Below, in pieces: positions 8,729 through 19,057 of a stretch of 48,117 nucleotides of DNA; within the stretch, counting starts at the first letter, position 1; every line of letters starts with the position of its first letter. Source of the DNA: Chthoniobacteraceae bacterium (GTDB taxonomy: Bacteria > Verrucomicrobiota > Verrucomicrobiia > Chthoniobacterales > Chthoniobacteraceae); the NCBI GenBank assembly GCA_031409655.1, contig JANNXQ010000213.1, positions 1 to 48,117 on the forward strand, written 5' to 3'. The translations under genes were made by a program, and so were the position numbers. Below the pieces are notes generated by a model that had not been told where the DNA came from, searched no databases, and was given only the letters and a program-made list of their open reading frames with translations.

Positions 8729-9070
8729 GATTCTCCTCCCACCAAACACCTACACCCATGCCCATCCCAAGCATCCTGGGTCAGGGCGTATTCCTCATCT
8801 GGTTTCTCCTCGTCGCCTTCGCGCGCCCGGGATCTCAAAGACGCTCAGCAATTCAGCATCGATGTTCCGAACGCGACGCCGTCGCGCCGGAACATCGCGC
8901 AAGAATCCCGCTGGATCGGTTGCCTGACAGCGCTTCGCTGGCGGGCGTGCCGCTGCGGATTCTGCTCAGCGACCGTCCCGGTCCCGGAGCCCTGCTGAGA
9001 GATACGCTCATGATCCGTCCATCCACACGCGATCCGTAATCAATCCACCAACATAGAAAGGAGGTTCCCC

Positions 9071-9937
9071 ATGCACGGGAACGAAGTCTTCCAGCGCGTC
9101 CGCCACGCGCTCGCTCAGGTCGAAGCCGAGCGAAACGTGCGCGTGCTTTTCGCGTGCGAGAGCGGCAGCCGCGCGTGGGGTTTTGCCTCGCGCGACAGCG
9201 ACTACGACGTGCGCTTTCTCTACGTCCACCGGCGCGACTGGTATCTCTCGGTCGAGGACCGGCGCGACGTCATCGAACAGCCCATCGCCGACGATCTCGA
9301 CGTGAGCGGCTGGGAACTCCGCAAGGTGCTGCGACTGCTCCGCAAGAGCAACCCGCCGCTGCTCGAATGGCTGAAGTCGCCGGTCGTGTATCGTCACGAT
9401 CCGGCCTTCGCCGCCGAGTTCGGCGCGCTGGCGACGGAGTTCTATTCGCCGCGGCGCTGCTTTGCGCACTACCTGCACATGGCCTTCGGCAACTGGCGCG
9501 ATTACCTGCGCGGTCGCGAGGAAGTGAGCCTGAAGAAGTATCTCTACGTCTTCCGACCGCTGCTCGCGTGCCGCTGGATCGAGCGCCAACTCGGCCAGGT
9601 GCCGATGCTCTTCGCGCAACTCGTGGAGAGCGTGCTCGACGAAGCCGACGTGCGCGCCGCGCTCGCGGAACTCGTCGCGCGCAAGCAGGCCGGCGAAGAA
9701 CTCGCCGTCGCGCCGCCGGTCGAAGTGCTCACGCGATTCATCGAGGCCGAACTGCCAAGGCTCGAAGCGCTCAACGAGCCTGACGATGCCGCGGGCGAAG
9801 TGGAGGAGCTGAACGGCTTCCTCCGCGCTACGCGCTCGCGGCTTGAGAGGAGGAGGAGCTTCGTCGGGGTGTGGAATGCGTCGCAAGCGGGACGAGGCGT
9901 CCAACGATCAGAATGGCGATTGGAGAAGCGAACTTGA
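9071..9937 (+). CDS. RlaP/YcgL-like Pol-beta nucleotidyltransferase
   Basis: ESGSRAWGFAS.DSDYDVRF, DVSGWELRK, SNPPLLEWL.SP, LKKYLY; SD GAAAGGAGG; C-terminus probably extended by a 1-nt frameshift (alternative frame ends YALAA* at TGA 9844-46). Confidence 0.9.
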   Translation: MHGNEVFQRVRHALAQVEAERNVRVLFACESGSRAWGFASRDSDYDVRFLYVHRRDWYLSVEDRRDVIEQPIADDLDVSGWELRKVLRLLRKSNPPLLEWLKSPVVYRHDPAFAAEFGALATEFYSPRRCFAHYLHMAFGNWRDYLRGREEVSLKKYLYVFRPLLACRWIERQLGQVPMLFAQLVESVLDEADVRAALAELVARKQAGEELAVAPPVEVLTRFIEAELPRLEALNEPDDAAGEVEELNGFLRATRSRLERRRSFVGVWNASQAGRGVQRSEWRLEKRT

Positions 9938-11105
9938 GCGAATTGGGAACGGCAGCTATTTGGGAAGTCGGGGCGCGTCGAACCGCTTCGTTTATCAACT
10001 CATGGCCACCGATGATTTCATCCTCCGTGCCGCTGAATACGGCGGGTGCGCAACTCCTTCCCAATGGGATGTTGCGCAACAAGCTAGGGCTAACCACATT
10101 GAGAAGCTGTTTGACAAACTGACCGAATATTATCTGCGCTCGGTAGTTCCTCCCGAAGCCATCCATTGGGTTGATTCGCTAAAACTCGACTGGATCAACG
10201 ATGAAAGTGTCAATGCGCTTGCAATGTTTTCTGGCCGGAAATGTCGCATTGCATTCTTTTCCGGCATTGTAGGGAGACTATGGGACGCTTTCGTGGCGGT
10301 AGCCGCTCATCCGTTGCACCTCAAATCCGTGCCAGGCGCAATACCTCCGAAAGAAATTTTCCGCCTCAATCTTTCACAAATGGTGCCTAAAATCATCCGC
10401 CGCGGCGCCGATGATACAACTAGAGCGACTCTTGATAGTTTCGCCAGCTTGGCCTCAAGACGCATCGATATCGTCACAGATCTTTATCGTGTTAGCGTCG
10501 AATTCTTGTTGATGCACGAAATTCATCACTTCTGGGGGGGGCATCTCTTTTATTCACAAGCACTTCGCAAACGAGGCCTGACACAAGCGGAGAGCACATC
10601 TTGGCCTCCCTTGGAGCCGCTTCTTCATCAAGCCTTTGAATGGCAGGCTGACTACCTCGCGGTGAAACGACTAGTCGAAGCTTATGCGCTTATGGAGATC
10701 GATCGGGAAGTCTTTCTCACCAATTGGATAACCGCACTGGCGGTTCTGTTTTTACTCTTTCACCCATCTCCCACCGATTTCAAAGACCATGAAGCCAGTT
10801 TCTACCTGCATCCTCACGTCCGCTTTCTTGAGATAATTACCTCCTTGTGCGTCCATGTCCAAGCGGCATTCGACTTTTCGGATGAAAAATTCGATGCCAT
10901 TCTTTCCCAGGCCTTCGCCGAGGTGGCGTTAATCGATGTTTCTGGCAAAAATGACGTTCTCGGACCGTTCTATTTCGCATTTCAGAACTCGGCCATTGGT
11001 CAGCAGAGATCCGCGGTCGTTCGGGAACGACTTCGCGAAGCGCTTCCTCTGTTGGAGGAATCAAGACTTCAAATGCTGGTCTTTTTAGCCGCTGAAAACA
11101 CTTAG
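9843..11105 (+). CDS. HExxH zinc peptidase, Lit/peptidase U49-like (start uncertain)
   Basis: FLLMHEIHHFWGGH, E.QAD..A, HP.VRF motifs; visibly lower GC than the flanks. Confidence 0.6.
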   Translation: MRGGGASSGCGMRRKRDEASNDQNGDWRSELERIGNGSYLGSRGASNRFVYQLMATDDFILRAAEYGGCATPSQWDVAQQARANHIEKLFDKLTEYYLRSVVPPEAIHWVDSLKLDWINDESVNALAMFSGRKCRIAFFSGIVGRLWDAFVAVAAHPLHLKSVPGAIPPKEIFRLNLSQMVPKIIRRGADDTTRATLDSFASLASRRIDIVTDLYRVSVEFLLMHEIHHFWGGHLFYSQALRKRGLTQAESTSWPPLEPLLHQAFEWQADYLAVKRLVEAYALMEIDREVFLTNWITALAVLFLLFHPSPTDFKDHEASFYLHPHVRFLEIITSLCVHVQAAFDFSDEKFDAILSQAFAEVALIDVSGKNDVLGPFYFAFQNSAIGQQRSAVVRERLREALPLLEESRLQMLVFLAAENT

Positions 11106-11566
11106 GTGTCGCTCAGAGCGAGCGGCTTGCCTGTCTTCGGGTCTATCAGGTTCTGACTCACGCAATAGGCAGCGACACTTATTTTGGCGATACTCACGAT
11201 AAGGAGTTTCACAAAAGGCGCTAGAATCGCCGCCTCGATGCCGAGTGTCTTACCGAACGCTGATATTAAACCCGTCAATAAAATCGTTTCAAAAACGGCG
11301 TTTGCGTTCCGAGCCTTTTCTCGAATATCGGCATATTTCGGCTCATCAGTGCATACGAACAGCCGAAACTCCAGTTTGAGTTGGTTCCAGTAACGAGGCA
11401 GAGTCGCAAAATGTGCATCCGGGTGAACCCGCCTCGCGAGTTCTTCGCCCGCAATCTCTACATCTCTACTCGCTGCGGCCCATAACACTCGATCCGACAT
11501 CAACTCGTTCGTCAGCATTGGCTCCGCGCTTACAAATAGTATGTCGAGCGACCTCTGATGTGGCAT
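11102..11566 (-). CDS. Hypothetical protein with hydrophobic C-terminal helices
   Basis: 154-aa lower-GC ORF convergent with the peptidase; YW..LK.EF..F.C.D..KY motif. Confidence 0.55.
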   Translation of the reverse strand: MPHQRSLDILFVSAEPMLTNELMSDRVLWAAASRDVEIAGEELARRVHPDAHFATLPRYWNQLKLEFRLFVCTDEPKYADIREKARNANAVFETILLTGLISAFGKTLGIEAAILAPFVKLLIVSIAKISVAAYCVSQNLIDPKTGKPLALSDT

Positions 11567-11848
11567 GCAGCAAGTTATACTGCTCTACCGCTCCGCAATC
11601 AACCGCGATATCGAGGGCCGGGCCGGTCCACGGCCTGGCCTAGGCGGAGGCACCACGCTATTTGATGGAGGCAGATTCTTCCGAACGGAATCACCAAACG
11701 AAATGCTAAGCCCTCATCGCCCTCGACCCGACGGCGGCGCGCTGGGGCTGGCAGGTCCGCTTCCGCAATGCGGAGGTGTATGCGCGCGCGGCAATGTGCG
11801 TCATCGCGACCACGCGACGATCCGCTGCAGTAGTGGCACCGCGTCTGA

Positions 11849-11902
11849 ATGAACACCGAAACTGCGACGCCCGCTACGGCGAACGTCGCATTCCTCGATT
11901 GA
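11849..11902 (+). other. Candidate leader peptide MNTETATPATANVAFLD upstream of rtcB
   Basis: 17-codon uORF within two hairpins, ending 13 nt before a strong terminator-like stem; no clear SD. Confidence 0.35.
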
Positions 11903-11915
11903 GGAAAGACACAAC

Positions 11916-11958
11916 GCAGCCGGGGAGGGTGACAAGCCTTCCCCGGCTGTATTCTTTC
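11916..11958 (+). terminator. Terminator/attenuator-like hairpin upstream of rtcB
   Basis: GCAGCCGGGGAGGG-loop-CCTTCCCCGGCTGT followed by ATTCTTTC. Confidence 0.55.
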
Positions 11959-12038
11959 GACAAAAAAAGAACAAACACCGCTGCGCACTCGGAGTGTGTC
12001 CGCACGCTGCGCCCATCATTTACAACCGAACCAAAACC

Positions 12039-13517
12039 ATGAACACCAAAGACCTCATCCGCCTCGGCGTGCCTGTCGGCGAGCCGATCGAGCTCGCGCA
12101 CGAGTTCATCCAGAACTTCATCGCGGAGGGGAAGGACGGCGCGTTGCTTGAGGCCGAGATTTTCAACATCGTCGCCAACCCTCCGGAGTTCTTCGCCGAT
12201 GAACTGCGCGCGCCGCTGGCTCGCGCGATCTATCGCCCGGCGTTCACGCCGCGCGCGGAATTGCCGCTCCGGCGGCTATGCGGTGACCGTTCCGCGGTTG
12301 GGAGGAAGGCGCTGCCGCGCAGAGCGTTCGCGCCGTGGCGCCAGTGGGGCGAGGGGCTCGAAGCCGAGGCGGTGAAGCAGATGGCCAATGCGTGTGCGCT
12401 GCCGGTCGCGGTCGCGGGCGCGCTCATGCCGGATGCGCACGTCGGCTACGGCCTGCCGATCGGCGGCGTGCTCGCGACGGATAACGCGGTGATTCCTTAC
12501 GCCGTGGGCGTGGACATCGCGTGCCGCATGAAGTTGACCGTCTATGATCGCAAGGCGAACACCCTCGCCGGCCAGCGCGACCGCCTCGCGAACCTCATCG
12601 AGAGCGAGACGCGCTTCGGCATGGGCTGCGAGTTCAAGCAGCGCCGCGAACACGACGTGATGGACGAAGATTGGAGCGTTTCGCCGGTGACGAACCGGCT
12701 GCGCGACAAGGCTTGGTCGCAGCTCGGCACGAGCGGAAGCGGCAACCACTTCGTCGAGTTCGGTGCGTTCACCGCAGATGCGGAGCAGGCGCAGGCGCTT
12801 GGCCTTTCTCACGAAGGACCGGGCGAATACCTCGCGCTGCTCACGCACTCGGGTTCGCGCGGAACCGGTGCGCAGGTGTGCGACTACTACAGCAAGCGCG
12901 CGATGGCTCGCCACGAGCACTTGCCGAAGGAACTCAAACACCTCGCGTGGCTCTCGCTCGACGACGCCGATGGCCAGGAATACTGGGCCGCGATGAACTT
13001 GATGGGCCGCTACGCCGCGGCGAATCACGCGCTCACCCACAAGCACATCGGCAAGAAGCTCGGTGCGCACGTGATCCTCGACATCGAGAACCATCACAAC
13101 TTCGCGTGGAAAGAAACGCACGTCGTGAATGGTGAAGAGCGCGAGGTCATCGTGCATCGCAAGGGCGCAACGCCTGCGGGCGCCGGCGTGCTCGGGGTCA
13201 TCCCAGGCTCGATGGCGTCTCCGGGCTACGTCGTGCGCGGCAAGGGTTCGCCCGAGTCCCTCACCAGCGCGTCGCACGGCGCAGGCCGCGTGATGAGCCG
13301 CACCAAGGCGATGCAGTCGTTCACCTGGAGCGCGACCAAGAAGCTGCTCGCGGAGCGCGGCGTCGAGCTGCTCTCCGCGGGTCTCGATGAAGTGCCGGGC
13401 GTCTATAAGGACATCCACGCTGTCATGGCCGCGCAGACCGATCTGGTCGAACTCCTCGGCCAGTTCGACCCGAAGCTCGTGAAGATGTGCCCAGCCGGCG
13501 ACCGCGCCGAAGACTGA
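12039..13517 (+). CDS. rtcB: RtcB RNA-splicing/repair ligase
   Basis: MPDAHVGYGLPIGG, VGVDIAC, QLGTSGSGNHF, HSGSRG, HHNFAW, HRKGAT, SASHGAGR, DEVPGVYKDI. Confidence 0.97.
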   Translation: MNTKDLIRLGVPVGEPIELAHEFIQNFIAEGKDGALLEAEIFNIVANPPEFFADELRAPLARAIYRPAFTPRAELPLRRLCGDRSAVGRKALPRRAFAPWRQWGEGLEAEAVKQMANACALPVAVAGALMPDAHVGYGLPIGGVLATDNAVIPYAVGVDIACRMKLTVYDRKANTLAGQRDRLANLIESETRFGMGCEFKQRREHDVMDEDWSVSPVTNRLRDKAWSQLGTSGSGNHFVEFGAFTADAEQAQALGLSHEGPGEYLALLTHSGSRGTGAQVCDYYSKRAMARHEHLPKELKHLAWLSLDDADGQEYWAAMNLMGRYAAANHALTHKHIGKKLGAHVILDIENHHNFAWKETHVVNGEEREVIVHRKGATPAGAGVLGVIPGSMASPGYVVRGKGSPESLTSASHGAGRVMSRTKAMQSFTWSATKKLLAERGVELLSAGLDEVPGVYKDIHAVMAAQTDLVELLGQFDPKLVKMCPAGDRAED

Positions 13518-13522
13518 CCACC

Positions 13523-13556
13523 GCGGAGGCGGGACGCTGACCCGTCTCGCCTCCGC
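13523..13556 (+). other. Intergenic hairpin between rtcB and HNH
   Basis: GCGGAGGCGGGACG/CGTCTCGCCTCCGC 14-bp stem. Confidence 0.5.
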
Positions 13557-13580
13557 ATCACTCTCAACAATCACTTTTCA

Positions 13581-14162
13581 ATGAACGACATCCTCAACAA
13601 ATCGACCGTGCTGGTGCTGAACCGGCACTGGCAGGCGATCCACGTGAAGACGCCCGCAGAGGCGTTCTGCATGATCGCCACCGGCGCCGCCACCGCGCTC
13701 GACGTGCAGGGCGACGACTACATCACGCCCGTGCGCTGGGACGACTGGCTCAAGCTGCCCGTCCGCGAGCACGACAACGCCGTGAACACCCCACGCGGTC
13801 CCGTGCGCGTGCCCACCGTCATCGTCGCCGCCAACTACGCCAAGGTTCCGCTGCGCCGCCCGCGCTTCGGCGCCCGCGGCATCTGGGAGCGCGACGGCGG
13901 CATCTGCCAATACACCGGCCGCAAGCTCGCGCCGAAGGACGGCAACATCGACCACGTCGTTCCGCGCTCCCGCGGTGGCAAAACGTCCTGGGACAACTGC
14001 GTCCTCGCCCACCGCGAAGTGAACTCGCGCAAAGCCAACCGCCTGCCCCACGAAGCCGGTCTGCGCCTGCGCAAGCAACCAGTCGCGCCGCGCGTGGTGC
14101 CAGCCAGCGTGTTGATCCGCAATCACCACGGCGTCCCCGACTGGCAGCATTTCCTCGGTTAG
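13581..14162 (+). CDS. HNH endonuclease
   Basis: VLVLN, RDGGICQYTG, IDHVVPRSRGG.TSWDNCV, N.RKANR.P.EAG. Confidence 0.93.
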   Translation: MNDILNKSTVLVLNRHWQAIHVKTPAEAFCMIATGAATALDVQGDDYITPVRWDDWLKLPVREHDNAVNTPRGPVRVPTVIVAANYAKVPLRRPRFGARGIWERDGGICQYTGRKLAPKDGNIDHVVPRSRGGKTSWDNCVLAHREVNSRKANRLPHEAGLRLRKQPVAPRVVPASVLIRNHHGVPDWQHFLG

Positions 14163-14388
14163 CGCCAAATCGCGACCGTCACCTACCTGCGCTATATACC
14201 AGATGAGCAGCTTGTGTATCCCGCCGTGTATCCCCGTGGAAAAACTCCGTGCATCAACGTGCCGCTCTGTGCCGCTAATCTATCACCCGCGAAGCCCGAT
14301 GTTACCTTGGTGCGGTGGCATTCCGTGCCGCATTGTGCCCCTTCCTTCCACTCCATGCCGCTTCCTCTGTGCGAACCGCTACCCCTGA

Positions 14389-14433
14389 ATGGGGTTCAAG
14401 AGGTCGTGGGTTCGAATCCCGCCAGCCCGACCA
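14389..14433 (+). repeat. att core, 3' half of tRNA-Pro(GGG), copy 1
   Basis: ATGGGGTTCAAGAGGTCGTGGGTTCGAATCCCGCCAGCCCGACCA, identical to 46722-46766; no tRNA 5' half upstream. Confidence 0.9.
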
Positions 14434-14724
14434 GTTAATGAATTGAAGGCAAGCCGGTTACGCACGGAGCGACCGTCTTTTAGACATCTAATAGTGGCCT
14501 CGTGTGGTAGCCCCATCACAAAAGGAAGTGCCCAAGGAGAGCATCGCGGCACGTAACCTCACCGCAAAGATTCGGTAATTGGTCCATGCTGCCGCACGCG
14601 TGGGTGAGCGGGATGCGGTGGGCCAGGCAGAGTTCGAGGAGCGACTTGCTAGGCTAATTGGGCAGCGCGGTGGCCTTCGGCTGCACCTGAATTCCCGATG
14701 GCACGCAATCGGCCCTGGTGTTCA

Positions 14725-15560
14725 TCAAGCGGCGTGCACTGTGCGGAGTTTCAGCTCCAGGACTTCGCCGCGGAGCTGGCGGGCGAGTTGTTTGCGGTCG
14801 CCGCGGTGGAAGGCGGGTGCGCTGAAGGCGATGACTGCGCGGGCGCGGCAGCGAGTGAGAAGTTGCGCGAGCTGGCTGAGGCCGCGCGTCTTTTGCGTGA
14901 AGAGCGGGGTCGAGTGGTCGCCGTCGCGTTCGAAGTAGTAGTTGATCGCGGCGGCGGTGAGAGTGCAGCCGAGTTCGGCGGCGGGCTGGAAGAGCGCGGA
15001 GGCGAAGGCGCGCAGCGTGGTGCCGTCGGAGCCGCCGCATTCGGAGAAGATGACGACGAGCAGGCGGCGCTGGACGGCACGCTGGATCATGAAGTAGATC
15101 CGCGCGGTGTCATTGCGGCCGCTGGGCTCGACGAACAGGGTGCTGCCAAGCCAGGCGAGGAGGCCGATGATCGGCCAGCGGCGCACTTCCGCTCCCGCGA
15201 CGAAGACGCACGGGCGCACGGCGGCGAGCAGGATGGCGTCGAGCACGCTGGTGTGATTCGCGACGACGATGCCGGAGACCGGTGTGAAACCGCGCCGGTC
15301 CAATCGCAATCCGAGCACACGATGCGCGATGCGACTCCAGCGGTGCAGTCATGCGGCGCGAGTGTACGCGAGGGCGATGCCGGTGGGTGTCGTGACGAGC
15401 CGCTGCCAGGCCGCGTCGGCCACGGCCAACGGAAACAGAACGGCGAGGACGGTCGCGCGGAGGATCGCACGGATGGCTTTCCCGGCTGTCAACAGCGCTA
15501 GCCGCATCGCAGAGATTTCGGTGCCTCCCGGCCACGCCGCGGCCGGAAATGCGATCGTGT

Positions 15561-15564
<4 letters not shown>
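14725..15564 (-). pseudogene. Lysophospholipid acyltransferase (PlsC/OlsA-like) with in-frame TGA
   Basis: ATG 15564 coupled to the GH63 stop; TGA at 15349-51 in RAA*LHRW, where the paralog at 45517 has RALWLQR; NHTSVLD motif, degenerate FSECG. Confidence 0.75.
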
Positions 15565-18326
<2,762 letters not shown>

Positions 18327-18354
18327 GGGTGGACAGGCGAAATGGGCGTGCTCC

Positions 18355-18382
18355 TTCGTCGTGGCCGCGCGCGATTCCTTAC
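18355..18382 (-). promoter_or_regulatory. Putative ECF promoter (GH63 operon)
   Basis: GTAAGGA-N14-CGACGAA. Confidence 0.8.
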
Positions 18383-18462
18383 AAACGGTGGAGAGGCGCG
18401 GGCCGCTCGCAGAAAGACAAAACGACTCGGGTGGTCCGCGGCCGCGTGGCAGCGGTTGCGAC

Positions 18463-19044
18463 CTAGGCGTTTACCTTTGCGACAAAATCCACGAGCGCGG
18501 CGGCGAGCTTAGCCACCTGCTTCGCCTGGCGCTCATCCTTGAGTTTTCCGGCGTCGTCGAAGGCTTCGTGGGCGGTGGGGATGGCGACTTGGTCGGGGAG
18601 GACGAGGACACCAATGTTGCCTAGGATGGAGCGCAGGGTGACGAGGCCGCGCAGGCCGCCGAGAGCGCCGGGTGAGGTGGCCATGAGCGCGGCGGCTTTG
18701 CCCTTGTAAGCCGCGAGCGGCGCCTCGTCGTCGGTCTCGGCGCGCGAGGCCCAGTCGATCGCGTTCTTCAGCGCGGCGGTGATCGAGCTGTTGTATTCCG
18801 GCGAGGCGATGAGGAAGCCGTCGCTCGCGCGGAGCAATGCTTTGAATTTCTTCGCGCCTTCGGGGAGTCCGCTGGTGGCCTCGAGGTCTTCATCGAAGAC
18901 CGGAAGGGCGAGGTCGCGGAGATCGACGACGGTGACTTCCGCGCCGGCCGCACGCGCGGCGTCGGCGGCGAGGGCGACGAGCTTTTTGTTGAAGGATCCG
19001 GTGCGCAGGCTGCCGGCGAAGGCGACGATTTTGGGTTGGCTCAT
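18463..19044 (-). CDS. NADPH-dependent FMN reductase
   Basis: FAGSLRTGSFN, ASPEYNSS, LKNAIDWASR, SPGALGG. Confidence 0.93.
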   Translation of the reverse strand: MSQPKIVAFAGSLRTGSFNKKLVALAADAARAAGAEVTVVDLRDLALPVFDEDLEATSGLPEGAKKFKALLRASDGFLIASPEYNSSITAALKNAIDWASRAETDDEAPLAAYKGKAAALMATSPGALGGLRGLVTLRSILGNIGVLVLPDQVAIPTAHEAFDDAGKLKDERQAKQVAKLAAALVDFVAKVNA

Positions 19045-19057
19045 GAGTGGTTTGGTA

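Noticed and set aside
8758..9039. Small membrane protein between SPFH and the nucleotidyltransferase
   Set aside because: A hydrophobic start is plausible, but there is no recognisable family and competing frames exist; not supportable without a search.
11843..11910. Hammerhead ribozyme (CTGAATGA...GAAAC)
   Set aside because: The core has an extra base and there is no stem II between the conserved blocks.
14259..14360. CRISPR array or iterons (GTGCCG repeats, also 46584-46690)
   Set aside because: Units are ~10 bp with no unique spacers and no cas or rep genes; they fit att-arm sequence better.
14350..14433. Complete tRNA-Pro(GGG) gene
   Set aside because: Only the anticodon arm to CCA is present, with no D-arm or 5' acceptor strand; same at 46722. 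Treated as att duplications.
14520..14720. Integrase remnant next to the att site (also checked 46360-46545)
   Set aside because: No tyrosine- or serine-recombinase motifs were recognised in the translations examined.
15349..15351. Selenocysteine or recoded TGA in the acyltransferase
   Set aside because: The position aligns to Trp in the paralog, TGA is used as a stop throughout the window, and other motifs are also degenerate; a nonsense mutation is simpler.
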